A stretch of 64,000 bases of DNA from Methanothrix sp. (lineage in GTDB: Archaea > Halobacteriota > Methanosarcinia > Methanotrichales > Methanotrichaceae). The stretch spans positions 2,880,001 to 2,944,000 of the forward strand of contig OY821645.1 of assembly GCA_963682135.1 (NCBI GenBank). Reading direction: 5' to 3'. The notes under the pieces were generated by a model, which saw only the letters and a program-made list of their open reading frames with translations, searched no databases and had not been told where the DNA came from. A program made the position numbers and the translations under genes. Within the stretch, counting starts at the first letter, position 1, and every line of letters starts with the position of its first letter. Positions 31,124-41,667 of this stretch are shown here, piece by piece.

Positions 31124-31905
31124 GCTACTACCTCGCCCTGGCGAATGGTCTCCCGCAGAGCCGTGAGCCAGCCGTCCAGCCGTTCCACATCCCGAAAGAC
31201 CTTCTGCTCATCCTCGTTGGTGCTGATCACCTTGATCATGCCTCCGTTCTTCATGACTATGCGACGGGAGGCCATGAGAGCCAGCATGGGATCATGAGTT
31301 ACCACTACTACGATCTTTCCTTCTCCGGCCAAAAGGCGAAGCGCCTCCTGCTTTTTTATGCCGGCATTCTCAATCTCATCGATGAGCACTATTGGAGAGT
31401 CGCTGATGACGGCAATATCTGCAACCATAAGAGCCCTGGACTGGCCGCCACTGAGAATGGTTAGCTGAAAAGCGGGATTAACCGGCTCTCCAGTCAGGGT
31501 GTTGGCCAGAGCTATTACCCTGTCTGCCAGCCTCGGGTCCTTGCCCCGCGATTTGGCATGCATTCTCAAAAACTCATCCACAGACATGTCTGCCAGAAAG
31601 TGCATATTCTGGGAGAGCTGGGCCACCAGCTTCTTGCGGGGGTTGCTGCGCATCTCCGCCGCAGGCGCCTGGTTATTTATGAGAATGCTTCTGCCTGATG
31701 GCGTGTCTCCATAGGCGAACTGCTCAATGTCGGCAATAAGAGTGCTCTTGCCTGATCCGGTGGGCCCTACTATTCCTATTATCTCACCGGGTGCTATCTC
31801 GATCTCGGATACGCCATCGGGACGGCCTTCTTTATCCACGCCGCCTTTAATTGTTAAGGTCAGGGGCATAATTTCGCAATTAATGTGACTGATTGCCTGG
31901 CTCAT
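31120..31905 (-). CDS. Soluble ABC-type ATPase
   Basis: [25 protein letters not shown]. Confidence 0.92.
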   Translation of the reverse strand: MSQAISHINCEIMPLTLTIKGGVDKEGRPDGVSEIEIAPGEIIGIVGPTGSGKSTLIADIEQFAYGDTPSGRSILINNQAPAAEMRSNPRKKLVAQLSQNMHFLADMSVDEFLRMHAKSRGKDPRLADRVIALANTLTGEPVNPAFQLTILSGGQSRALMVADIAVISDSPIVLIDEIENAGIKKQEALRLLAGEGKIVVVVTHDPMLALMASRRIVMKNGGMIKVISTNEDEQKVFRDVERLDGWLTALRETIRQGEVVA

Positions 31906-33152
31906 TTTTTGCTCTCCAGAAATGAAACTGCTTGCTCCCAGTGGGAGAGGGTGATTTGCGGCTTGAGCATTTGCAGGGTATGATCCTCTTTGATCCTGGC
32001 TCTGCCTCCGCCTGTGATATTGAGAAGGATGATATCTCGGGGCACAACGCTGCCGGCGCTTATCGCCTGCTCGAGCGCTGCCACGGCTATTGCCGGAGCA
32101 TTAAGAATATCGATTTCCTCCGACTGCTCAAAGAGCTTCTTGGCCTCTGCTGCCTGGCGATCGGTTATGCCGTAGACCTCGCCCCGGGTATCTTGCAGGG
32201 CGTCTCTTACGCCGCCCGGCATGTCGTAGGGAGGTCTGCGATTGAAGAGAACATCATCGAACATGTCGCTACATACGGGCTCTGCCTCTTTTCCCTTCCA
32301 GGCACAGTAAATGGGCGCATTGGGAAGATTCTGGGCCAAATGTAGCATTGGAAGGTAAGAGCCGAAGCGTCCGTCTGCCTTGAGGCGAAGTGCCGCCTCC
32401 CAGGCTGATATGCCGCCCGTGCCGCTTCCTACTGCCTGGAAGTAGTGCTTGGGAATCTGTCCAAGCGCCAGAGCGGCGTCGAGCATCACCGTGCCCATCC
32501 CGTCCCGCCTGGCAATGTTTCTCGCTCCGCCCTCCGGCGCAAAGCCGGGCAGGGATTGCACCTTTTCAGCTATTTGAATGGCATCGTAGTAATCGCCCTG
32601 CACGGCTATCAACCTCACCTGCCCGGTGCCTCTGCTTTCCGCTGAGCCTGCCTTCGCAGCAGTCCACATTCTGCCCAGGGCTTTTTCCGGCACAAAGAGA
32701 ATCAGCGGCTGGCCGGTGATTATGGATACATGGGCAAAGGCGCGAGCGGTGTTGCCGGCAGAAGCCACTACCAGTGTGGGGTTGTCGCCTCGTTCCTTCA
32801 GCCTTTGCATGGTGGGTGCAGCCTCCAGATCCTTGAAGCTGCAGGTGGGCATCTTTGCGCCACGCTCCGGCCAGTAGCCGTTGAAGCTGATGTAAAGGTT
32901 TTCCAGGCCCAGTTCCCTGGCCAGGCCTCGGCTCTTGTAGGTCACTGGTGCGCCTTCCGCCTCTGCGATGATCCCCTGTACAGGAAGCCAGTCAAGGAAG
33001 CGCCAGATGCCGGGCAGGCTCTTGGGCTTAATTTGCCTGGCCTGGTAATCGGCGCGCAGAAGTGAACTGTCATGGGGACAGCTCAAGGAATAGGCAGGCT
33101 GCACTGATCCGTCGCTCACACATAAAAGCCGATATTCGCCCATAGAGGCCAC
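31902..33152 (-). CDS. Cysteate synthase (coenzyme M biosynthesis; threonine synthase-like PLP enzyme)
   Basis: [12 protein letters not shown] lysine, [36 protein letters not shown]. Confidence 0.88.
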   Translation of the reverse strand: MASMGEYRLLCVSDGSVQPAYSLSCPHDSSLLRADYQARQIKPKSLPGIWRFLDWLPVQGIIAEAEGAPVTYKSRGLARELGLENLYISFNGYWPERGAKMPTCSFKDLEAAPTMQRLKERGDNPTLVVASAGNTARAFAHVSIITGQPLILFVPEKALGRMWTAAKAGSAESRGTGQVRLIAVQGDYYDAIQIAEKVQSLPGFAPEGGARNIARRDGMGTVMLDAALALGQIPKHYFQAVGSGTGGISAWEAALRLKADGRFGSYLPMLHLAQNLPNAPIYCAWKGKEAEPVCSDMFDDVLFNRRPPYDMPGGVRDALQDTRGEVYGITDRQAAEAKKLFEQSEEIDILNAPAIAVAALEQAISAGSVVPRDIILLNITGGGRARIKEDHTLQMLKPQITLSHWEQAVSFLESKK

Positions 33153-33332
33153 TTCTCCAAATGGAGAATATAATGTTTTCTATTTAGGGACAAAATTTGT
33201 CCTAATTGTGAAAATAGATGGCTGGAAGAGTACCATTGGTCTAAATGTGGGCCATCCTGGATATTAATGTTTTGCCGTAGAGATGGTCCTTCTACCCAAA
33301 AGTAGAAATAATTGGTCTGCATTGTCCAATAG

Positions 33333-33849
33333 TATGCCAAATGTGGAGCGGGTGATGAGGGCCGCCTTCCAGTCGGACGAGAGGCTGCGGGAAACCTTGA
33401 GAGAGGTCTTCAGGGAACTGGGGCTTTCAGCTCGGGAGTTTTCCAAGGTATCAACAATTCCACAAAGCACCCTCTACAAGATTCTCTCCGGTCACAGAGA
33501 CCCGAATATCACCACGCTGCGCCAGATTGTGAAGACGATTCGCCAGCTGGAAGGCTCGGAAGGTAATTTCATCGCCATAATTGCCGCCCGGCCAGTCCTC
33601 GACAAGATCAGCGAGAAGAAGATGAAGATAGGAGACAAGATGCTAACCTTGCGAGAGTATTCGGCTACCACCATCGAGGAGGCCATCATCGCTGCCATAA
33701 GAGCAGAGAGAGATGGAGCCTCGGCCCTGGTCTGCGCCCCCATCGTCAGCCCAACGGTTGAGAAGCTGCTCTCCATTCCGGTGGCCACCATAATTCCCAG
33801 AGACAGTGTCATCCGGGCCATTGAGGTTGCGGCCAGAAAGATTGAATGA
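33333..33849 (+). CDS. XRE-family HTH transcriptional regulator
   Basis: LSAREFSKVSTIPQSTLYKILSG HTH; divergent from the cysteate synthase operon; start uncertain (33283 possible). Confidence 0.85.
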
Positions 33850-34466
33850 GGAATTGTATGAGAATTACATCTGTAGCTACTATGATACTGACTGTGTCAT
33901 TGGTATCATGTCTTTTCTTGGCGGTCGCGAGCAGCCAGAGCACTCCTCCTCAATTCCAGAGCGTGAGTGGAGAATTTGCTCAGAAGTGGATAAAGGATTT
34001 CAAGGAAGAGAATGCACAGTCGGCCCCCGTGATCGAGGATAACCCGCAAGATAAGAATGGCAGCGACTTATGGAACTGGGGCAATGCGCCTCAGGGCAGC
34101 AAGATAGTTGATGGCAATCTGGTAACCGATCCCTATTATCTCCGGCCGCTTTTAAATCTGTCCAGCAACTGGCTGGGCGAGACCTACACCGATTCCGCTA
34201 CCGGTCTTCCCATGGAGACCTACTCCGATCCTTTGACCGGGAAAAAGATCTACCGTTTCCTCAATCCCACCAATTCAAAGCCCTTCTTTACCTATTCTAC
34301 TTATCCCGATGCCAAGACCGGCAATCTGGTTTACGCCTATATTGACCCCATGACGGGAAATGAGGTCCATGCCAGCGCGGCCCCCATTGATCTCATCAAC
34401 CTTCTGGCGGGCAAGATGGCAGGTCAAACGGCCTACAGTCAGAATGAGCCGTGGACCAGGCTGTAG
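33846..34466 (+). CDS. Secreted QSVGG/LWxWG/DPxTG family protein (paralog 2)
   Basis: FQSVSGEFA, LWNWGNAPQG, DSATG, DPLTG, DAKTG, DPMTG. Confidence 0.8.
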   Translation: MRNCMRITSVATMILTVSLVSCLFLAVASSQSTPPQFQSVSGEFAQKWIKDFKEENAQSAPVIEDNPQDKNGSDLWNWGNAPQGSKIVDGNLVTDPYYLRPLLNLSSNWLGETYTDSATGLPMETYSDPLTGKKIYRFLNPTNSKPFFTYSTYPDAKTGNLVYAYIDPMTGNEVHASAAPIDLINLLAGKMAGQTAYSQNEPWTRL

Positions 34467-34651
34467 TTGAGAGCTGATAATTATGGTCTAATATCATATT
34501 TTTGGCGAATATTCCATAATCATTATCACTGTTGAGGATTCAGAGACGATATGAAAGCTAAATTTTTTCATTGTCTAACATAAAACTATCTTTCTAAAAA
34601 AAGTCTTTTATAGTTAAATGATATAATTTTGGATAGAGGGGTAATGGATTC

Positions 34652-36382
34652 ATGAGGTTATTGATCGAGATCTTCATTGTAATTATCCTATTGGCATCGG
34701 CTCAAGCATACGATTTTAATGGCAGCGTCAAATATGGCATCGGGAATAAATCATTCTCTATGAATTTGACAAACCCCTCAAATTCATCACTACCCCATGA
34801 AACGTACGATCTTAAGAATTTGGAAGCTTCGACGGCAAGAATGAATTCTCGGTTTGCTGAACGATCAGGAATGTTTCTCTTAAATCAGTCCGCTGCCATC
34901 AATTACAGCGATTGGCATGGAAATGGTCAGACGAATATTGGCCTGAATCTTAAAAACGGCTCAAATCGATCGATAAAGTCTGAGACCATTAAATTCAATA
35001 TATCGGACGATCTGGCATACAACCCAATAAAGTTCGTCATAAAGCGGGAAGATCTGCACGATAAAAGCAGATCTCAAAATTCAACAATCATTGTGCATGG
35101 GGGACAGAGTATCCAGGATGCTATCGACGCCGCCGCCTCGGGAGATACCATCGAAATAAACAGCGGAACATACATTGAAAATCTCCGCATCAACAAGCCT
35201 CTCACTATTCGGGGAGTGGATGTAGGAAGTGGTCTTCCTGTCATTGATGCCAACAGCAAAGGAAACGCCATTGAGATCTCTGCAGATCAGGTTATTTTGG
35301 AGAACATCGTTTCTACAAACGCTTCCAGGTCCAGCATGAGGCCAGGGGCAGGTATTAGATTCAGCTCTTCAAACAATTGTTCCATTGGACGCATAGAATC
35401 ATATAATAATTATTATGGCATAAACTTAGCAGACTCCAATAATAATACCATATCTGAGTGCAATATAAGCAACAGCCAGTATGGTGTCAGAATCTACTTC
35501 TCAAATAACAATAGGATACAGAATTGCGATGTAAGGGATAACGACATTCCCTTGAATATTGTTTCATCAGTTGGAAACCTGATTTCAGGCAATATTTTTA
35601 AAGACAACTTGCATGAGATTGAGACAAATAATGATAACAAAATCATAAACAATGAAGAGATCTCGGCCTCTGTAAAAGAACTTAATTCAAGCAAGGAGGT
35701 CGTGGAACTAAATGCCAAACCCAGGCCACAACCACCTCAATCCAATTATGGCGGAAAGGCTAAATCATCTCATTCATCTGGAAATCATGGTAATGGTGCA
35801 CAATGGCGTCCCGCTTTGATGAATGATGACGAAGGAAAAGAATACAATAATTTGGCTCAGAAGGCTGCAGGAACTCTCGTTTTTAATCCTCCCAATGTTA
35901 TGACAAGTGGGGAGAGCGAGTGGATTGATGCTCGTATTGGTCTGGAAAATACTTCAACATTGGTCCAGGGACTCCTTGGAAAAGGTGAAGTCCAATTTAG
36001 AGATGTCAGCACAGAGACGAATATGACTTATGTTGTCAAGCTGGAAGGTGACAGTGGTTTTGAGATCCAGGCAAAAAGACCCGACGCCCAGATATTAGGG
36101 ATTGACCCTGCAGTATGGCTCTGGTCGGTTACCCCCTTAAAAGATGGCAACCATACACTTATACTTAGCGTGGATCTTCAATTGGAAAAACCACCTTTTA
36201 ACTGCAGATGCATAAATGTGACTTACTGGCCGGTGTCTGTAAGAGTGCTGGAACCAGGCCCAGAGCAGCGAGTAATGAATTTCATGAGTTCCTCTTACTC
36301 TTTGACCACAGGGGCAATAGCCTTCCTGGCCAGCCTATTCTCTTTGATCGTCTTGTTCAGGCAACTTAAAAAAAGGAATTGA
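34652..36382 (+). CDS. Cell-surface parallel beta-helix (NosD/CASH-like) protein with C-terminal anchor
   Basis: SIQDAIDAAASGDTIEINSGTY, GIxLxxSNNNxI repeats, C-terminal TM helix plus basic tail. Confidence 0.88.
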   Translation: MRLLIEIFIVIILLASAQAYDFNGSVKYGIGNKSFSMNLTNPSNSSLPHETYDLKNLEASTARMNSRFAERSGMFLLNQSAAINYSDWHGNGQTNIGLNLKNGSNRSIKSETIKFNISDDLAYNPIKFVIKREDLHDKSRSQNSTIIVHGGQSIQDAIDAAASGDTIEINSGTYIENLRINKPLTIRGVDVGSGLPVIDANSKGNAIEISADQVILENIVSTNASRSSMRPGAGIRFSSSNNCSIGRIESYNNYYGINLADSNNNTISECNISNSQYGVRIYFSNNNRIQNCDVRDNDIPLNIVSSVGNLISGNIFKDNLHEIETNNDNKIINNEEISASVKELNSSKEVVELNAKPRPQPPQSNYGGKAKSSHSSGNHGNGAQWRPALMNDDEGKEYNNLAQKAAGTLVFNPPNVMTSGESEWIDARIGLENTSTLVQGLLGKGEVQFRDVSTETNMTYVVKLEGDSGFEIQAKRPDAQILGIDPAVWLWSVTPLKDGNHTLILSVDLQLEKPPFNCRCINVTYWPVSVRVLEPGPEQRVMNFMSSSYSLTTGAIAFLASLFSLIVLFRQLKKRN

Positions 36383-36412
36383 TGGAAATTAAAGAGGCGG
36401 AAAAGGCCGCGA

Positions 36413-38050
36413 TCAGGTCACCGCCTCCGTAGAGTTTCTTATATTGGATATCACCTCTAAAACAGCAAGGTCTGTGGCAAGTATGCCACCTCCAACTTCA
36501 TCTGGAGCAGGAACCTGCTTGCCCCCTATATCGATACTCTTGCGAGCCGTCCTCACCAGTAAAGATTTAATCCCGGAAGCATCAAGACTTGGGTCCAGAG
36601 AGCGAACTAAGGCGGCAGTAGCTGTAACAAAAGGTACAGACATACTGGTCTCACCTCCCGAGTCTTCGATTCTCCCCTTATCATCTTTACCCCAGATTGC
36701 TTGATCTCCAGGAACGCCAATTGTCACTTCGAAGTTGTCGCTGATCCGGTTGCTGTCTGCTTGAATGGTTCCATCGTTATTTATGCAGCCTACGACTATA
36801 ACGTTAGGCAAATGATATGCATAAGGAAAACGACGCGATCCGTCAAGGGCTTTTCCATCATTTCCGGCGGAACATACAAAGAGATGATCTGGATATGCAT
36901 CTGCCCATTCTTTGAAGAATTCTTCCGACTCTGTGACTGCACCTGGGTCAGCCTCGCTGTTTCCCCAGGAGAAGCTCAGTATATCAGATCCTATGCCTGC
37001 CTGGCTGAGGGCAAGCATGTAGCCCATATACCAGGCGTCCCCGGACTTGGAATAAATTGGAGATTGCATATTGATCATGCTAACACTCAGGTTATCTCTG
37101 AGCGGCTCTGAAGCAATTCCAACCAGGCCCCCATTATCCGGATCAGCTGCCAGGATATTCATGATTCCTGTACCATGACTGCCTGCGATCGGATAATCGG
37201 ATGACGGATTTTTCAGCAATGAGCCGTTACTTTTGGTATTGATTCTAACTGCGCCATCGAATTCACCATACCCTTTATAAAGGCCATCATCAATTACTCC
37301 GATCTTTGCTTTAGAGAGGGGGAGCCCAGAGGAGCTGATAGCATCCCAAGATTGCTGTACGCCAACGATCTGATAGCTTCTACTTCTGTCTTTTGAGTAA
37401 ATTGGATCGTCCAATGGAGATTTATCTGGGAATATCTCCTGATGGGGAAATGCCAGCAGTATGTCAGGATCGCTATTTGCAACAGATAGAGCATCTCTTA
37501 AGTCTTCTTCATTCTTGCCAAGGGTTTCTATCTGATACAGGCTTATGAAATCAATATAGCCCACTACTTTAGCTCCTAGATGGCTCGCCAGCTCTTGCAC
37601 GATGCAGTGGCTGCAGCCTTTCCTTGTAACCACCAGGATCTGATTGGCCGGAACTTCACCCCATTGGGATGTGGAAATGAGGCTTTCCGGTTCGGGCGGC
37701 TTGAAGGTGACCGAGCCTAATTTCGGTATTACGACCATTGGATCCGGCAGAGGTGGGCATTCAACCTGTTCGCTCTGGGGCAGGGGCTGATCGGAATAGA
37801 TTGTCGTTTCGCAAGAAAGCCAACAACCGGGCGTCTCAGAGGATCCGCTGGACATGGGTAAAGAACTGGGTAAACAATAGGGTGCTGCGGCGCAAAAATA
37901 TGCCTCATTGCAATCAGGTGGTGGCGAGCACAATATACTATTATATACATAAGTGCTCTGCGTCTGGCCGCTCTCTTGTATCAGTCCAACTTCTATTGCA
38001 TCAACTTCCTGAGCAATAAAGATCAAAGCCAGTATCAATATAATCTTCAT
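36413..38050 (-). CDS. Secreted S8 subtilase with Cys/Pro-rich N-terminus
   Basis: IGVIDDG (Asp), SHGTGI (His), SAGNDG, GETSMS (Ser). Confidence 0.9.
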   Translation of the reverse strand: MKIILILALIFIAQEVDAIEVGLIQESGQTQSTYVYNSILCSPPPDCNEAYFCAAAPYCLPSSLPMSSGSSETPGCWLSCETTIYSDQPLPQSEQVECPPLPDPMVVIPKLGSVTFKPPEPESLISTSQWGEVPANQILVVTRKGCSHCIVQELASHLGAKVVGYIDFISLYQIETLGKNEEDLRDALSVANSDPDILLAFPHQEIFPDKSPLDDPIYSKDRSRSYQIVGVQQSWDAISSSGLPLSKAKIGVIDDGLYKGYGEFDGAVRINTKSNGSLLKNPSSDYPIAGSHGTGIMNILAADPDNGGLVGIASEPLRDNLSVSMINMQSPIYSKSGDAWYMGYMLALSQAGIGSDILSFSWGNSEADPGAVTESEEFFKEWADAYPDHLFVCSAGNDGKALDGSRRFPYAYHLPNVIVVGCINNDGTIQADSNRISDNFEVTIGVPGDQAIWGKDDKGRIEDSGGETSMSVPFVTATAALVRSLDPSLDASGIKSLLVRTARKSIDIGGKQVPAPDEVGGGILATDLAVLEVISNIRNSTEAVT

Positions 38051-38988
38051 TGAATCTCACCCTGCACACCGGAACATGCGCAACTGAAAATCTCTTCAGC
38101 ATTCAGCGTTCTTCTATCAAGTATATTCATATCCTTCCAGCCCTGATAGCAGCAAGGCAGCCATTGGTCAGATTCCTTTGAATCAGGGAACCGGGATTTC
38201 ATGTTGAGTTTCTTTGTTATATTGAAGGACCCATAGTATCTTTCGTCACCTTTATTGAGAATCTCGTAGCCGGTCAATGGAGCTTGCTCTAATTCGGACC
38301 CCGATTGTTGATACTTCAGGTCTGCTATGCCGGTTGTGCTTGTCGAGATCTGGTAATTCAATTCTCTGGTGGGCTTTCGCTCTATTTGAATTATATTATC
38401 CTCCGTGGCAAGAACTGTAGCATTCATCCTGTCCAATCTCATTTCGATAATCCTGTCCTTCGATAAGTTCTTGTTAAACAGCAGATTAGCTCCCACAAAG
38501 TCGAAATTGTTGCCTGCAAAATCGCGATTATTGATATTTTTTCCAGAATATTCCAGCTTCTGGCTGGAGGATATATTTGCCTGCCACCGCTCAATAAATT
38601 TTATTGCATATGTATCCGAAGAAGTGGATTTAACTATATCCAATCCCACAGGCATTCTAATCTGTGCCCAGGCATCTATATGTTCTTGAGAGCTGTAGTT
38701 GCCCTCCGAGGCAGCAGTTCTCTCATTGAGCCTAACATCAATGAGGTTCATGTCCTGGAAATGAGAGGAATAAGGGCTCAAGACTCTGCCTCGAGGACCA
38801 ACGAAAGCCTTGATCTTTCCTTCAATATATTGGTCTGACTCAAAGCTCATATTATTGCCGTGCCTGTAAACACTCCAGAAATCATCTGTGGTTTTCACAT
38901 AGCCAAACCAGCTATCCGAGGAAGCTATTCCAGGAAGCATGATCAAGATAATTAGAATTAGACGCAATGAGACATAATGTAAAGCCAT
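38047..38988 (-). CDS. Secreted hypothetical protein, distant relative of 61070-61927
   Basis: Signal peptide; TTGIADLKY, ERYYGSFNITKKL, WLPCC; ATGA overlap with the subtilase gene. Confidence 0.75.
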   Translation of the reverse strand: MALHYVSLRLILIILIMLPGIASSDSWFGYVKTTDDFWSVYRHGNNMSFESDQYIEGKIKAFVGPRGRVLSPYSSHFQDMNLIDVRLNERTAASEGNYSSQEHIDAWAQIRMPVGLDIVKSTSSDTYAIKFIERWQANISSSQKLEYSGKNINNRDFAGNNFDFVGANLLFNKNLSKDRIIEMRLDRMNATVLATEDNIIQIERKPTRELNYQISTSTTGIADLKYQQSGSELEQAPLTGYEILNKGDERYYGSFNITKKLNMKSRFPDSKESDQWLPCCYQGWKDMNILDRRTLNAEEIFSCACSGVQGEIQ

Positions 38989-39142
38989 TATTATTCCCTC
39001 CCGCCATCAAATAATTTTTCATAATCGTTCATCTAGCTTGTATAAATATCTTTTTTAGGGCATAGCGCGAATAAGCTTATAGAATGAATGGTGCGAAAGG
39101 CTTTTATTTCTCCGCGGCCTTTTTTTGTTCGTGGGGTTTCGT

Positions 39143-39685
39143 ATGAAGACTGCATTAGCCGTAGTAGTGCTAGTAGCATGCCTACTGGCCGCGGGCGGCT
39201 TAGCTCAGGATGCGAGCCGTTTCCAGAGTGTGGGTGGGGATTTCGGCAAGAAGATGATCAGCACCATAAAATCCAGTGATACAAAGCCGGCGGCTGCAAG
39301 CGGCAATAATGGCAGCCTGTGGAGCTGGGGAAGTTCGCCCAAGGGAACCCTGGTGGTTGACGGTAACCTTATCGGCGATCCTGCATATACAATGAAAACG
39401 CTGAACGTTGTCAAGAATTGGCTGGGCGACTCTTTCGTGGACCCATACGGTACTGCATCTCCTGCTTATTCCTACACAGATCCTCAAACGGGTGAGCCGG
39501 TTACAACTTATGTTGATCCGGTCAATGGCCAGTCCTACTATACGTACACGGATTCCAAGTCTGGAAAGACGATTTACGTCTACTTTAATCCTGATACCGG
39601 AGTGCCGATCTATGCTAGCTATGCGCCTGTTTCCGGCCAATACGTGGAGCAAAAGAAATCTTCTCTGCCGCCGATCTTCAGTTAG
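39143..39685 (+). CDS. Secreted QSVGG/LWxWG/DPxTG family protein (paralog 3)
   Basis: FQSVGGDFG, LWSWGSSPKG, DPQTG, DPVNG, DSKSG, NPDTG. Confidence 0.82.
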   Translation: MKTALAVVVLVACLLAAGGLAQDASRFQSVGGDFGKKMISTIKSSDTKPAAASGNNGSLWSWGSSPKGTLVVDGNLIGDPAYTMKTLNVVKNWLGDSFVDPYGTASPAYSYTDPQTGEPVTTYVDPVNGQSYYTYTDSKSGKTIYVYFNPDTGVPIYASYAPVSGQYVEQKKSSLPPIFS

Positions 39686-39775
39686 AGCGAACGGAAAAAT
39701 CGGAAAAATTTGCCTGGTGCCGGCTGAAAAAAGGCTCTGACACTCGAAAGCCTTTTATGGTTCTGGATTAATGCC

Positions 39776-40270
39776 ATGAAAGTGGGGTTTGGTATGAAGA
39801 CTGCATTGGCAGTAATGGTATTACTGATAGCTTGTCTCTTGGCAGTGGCTTGTCATGCCCAGGACACGAGCCGTTTCCAGAGTGTTGGTGGAGACTATGG
39901 CAGAAGTGTGATTGGCACCTTTGAGGCCAATGCTACCGCGCCGTCTTCCGTCGCCAATACTAGTGGCAATAACAGCCTGTGGAACTGGGGAAATGCGCCC
40001 AAGGGAAGCTTGATTAAGAATGGAAAGCTGGTGGATGATCCATTTGCTACCTGGAAGTCCTTCAATTATTCGGATGGCTGGATGGGCGAGGTTGAGACGG
40101 ATCCCTTTACAGGAAGATCGATCTATGCCTACAAGATTCCCACTACCGGGGAAATCAAGTATTTCTACATTGATCCTTACACTGGAAAGCCCGTCTATGT
40201 AGACAAAGGTAATGCGATTGCAAATGACGCCAGCAGTGATAACTACGTACTGCCGCGGCTATTCCGCTAG
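39776..40270 (+). CDS. Secreted QSVGG/LWxWG/DPxTG family protein (paralog 4)
   Basis: FQSVGGDYG, LWNWGNAPKG, DPFTG, IPTTG, DPYTG. Confidence 0.82.
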   Translation: MKVGFGMKTALAVMVLLIACLLAVACHAQDTSRFQSVGGDYGRSVIGTFEANATAPSSVANTSGNNSLWNWGNAPKGSLIKNGKLVDDPFATWKSFNYSDGWMGEVETDPFTGRSIYAYKIPTTGEIKYFYIDPYTGKPVYVDKGNAIANDASSDNYVLPRLFR

Positions 40271-40326
40271 GGTGTTCACGGGATTTAGTTTAATGATTTG
40301 ATGAGATATTGGAGAGTGATGGATAA

Positions 40327-40770
40327 ATGAAATATATTGCTATATTTTTATGCATAGTGGGCCTGACAGTGGCCGCAGACTATACCGCCCAGCAGCAGAC
40401 CATCATGGAAGGCCTGCGCCTGTCCTACCAGCTCGGCGAGGCGCATGAGAAGTACACGCAAGGCGGAGATGCCACAACCTTCAACGCCATAATAGATCAG
40501 TGGAACGCCTGGGTGCAGACCAACTTCGGGCAGGATGCCAATTTGCTCATGCAAAAGGTGACAGGCCCGGTAGATCTTAGCAAGCCCTACCTGCTCGCCA
40601 ACAACACCACCCAGGGTGGCATGGTCCATGCGATTGATGGATCTAACAAGGCAGGCGGGTCAAAGTACACCACGAATGATATCAATCTGCTGCCGAGTGG
40701 CGCAATCAAATCGTATCAAGATAGCGATGCAGGAAAAATTACAGGCGATGGTTACCTGGGCGGGGTCTAG
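40327..40770 (+). CDS. Secreted hypothetical protein
   Basis: Short signal peptide; C-terminus YLGGV. Confidence 0.75.
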   Translation: MKYIAIFLCIVGLTVAADYTAQQQTIMEGLRLSYQLGEAHEKYTQGGDATTFNAIIDQWNAWVQTNFGQDANLLMQKVTGPVDLSKPYLLANNTTQGGMVHAIDGSNKAGGSKYTTNDINLLPSGAIKSYQDSDAGKITGDGYLGGV

Positions 40771-40926
40771 GGCCTTAGCGTACCTATATTCCTTTTCTAC
40801 ATTTTTTAATATATCACATCCGTTCTGATACGTTGGACCCGCTGCTTATTGATATCCAGGCGACTTTGGTATTCCTCCAAAGGATTTCATACTTTCATGC
40901 TATCAATATGCTATCAAGGAGGCGTT

Positions 40927-41202
40927 ATGGCCCAGATCATCGTGCGAAATCTCGACGACGACGTTGTGACTCGATTGAAAATGCGCGCTCGAGATAATGA
41001 TCGTTCCCTGGAGGCGGAGGTTCGGCATATCCTGGAGCAATCGGCCAAAATAGATGTGGCTTTGGCTCGTCAAATTGCCCTCAATATTCGAGAGAGACTG
41101 AAGGGCAGGACGTTTCCAGATTCTGCTGTGCTTATCCGCGAGGACCGTTATTGGGGAAATACTATGAGCTTCATGCGATCTTCTGTTCATGGAAGTAAAT
41201 AA
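40927..41202 (+). CDS. FitA/Arc-like ribbon-helix-helix antitoxin, C-terminus altered by deletion
   Basis: RBS GGAGG; MAQIIVRNLDDDVVTRLKMRA..RSLEAEVRHIL..DSAVLIREDR. Confidence 0.85.
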   Translation: MAQIIVRNLDDDVVTRLKMRARDNDRSLEAEVRHILEQSAKIDVALARQIALNIRERLKGRTFPDSAVLIREDRYWGNTMSFMRSSVHGSK

Positions 41203-41299
41203 CGTTCTTTGTAAGTTGATTCGTAGGGGGTTTTTATCTGAGGATGAAGGATTCGATATCCATAATAAACTCTCATATCCGGAAAACTATATATTCTAG
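41146..41299 (+). pseudogene. VapC/PIN toxin remnant
   Basis: LLGKYYELHA then, in a shifted frame, DLLFMEVNNVLCKLIRRGFLSEDEG (typical PIN LxAPDL..E..N.L.K..RRG); both ends missing. Confidence 0.72.
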
Positions 41300-41319
41300 A
41301 TCTGCTTAGCGGATGGCCC

Positions 41320-41415
41320 GTGCATAATCCTGAGATAAACACGGAGACGATAATCACCATCATAGGCTTTTTAGGGGCAATTCTGCTTCTCCTGGATGTC
41401 GTGATAATTAGATAA
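41320..41415 (+). CDS. Putative 31-aa single-TM small protein
   Basis: GTG start, (M)HNPEINTETIITIIGFLGAILLLLDVVIIR*, TATA-like CTATATATT about 25 nt upstream. Confidence 0.45.
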   Translation: MHNPEINTETIITIIGFLGAILLLLDVVIIR

Positions 41416-41667
41416 TTTTTAAAATTTTCCAGAAAAATATGTTCAAGGGGTCTTCTATCATTTTATACTGATATAATGAGGTGGGAGAGGTTCAGGAAGG
41501 AGGAATCAGGACCTGAACTCTCCTAATTTGGCAGAATATTTATCAACATTATTGTTTATGATAATACACTTTTCTAAGATCTATTCTTCCTTCATTGGAT
41601 TTAACACTTTCGGTATTTTAACTAAGTTAAAGGAAAAAGTCGAAAATTTTTTGCACTGCTGGCCTTA

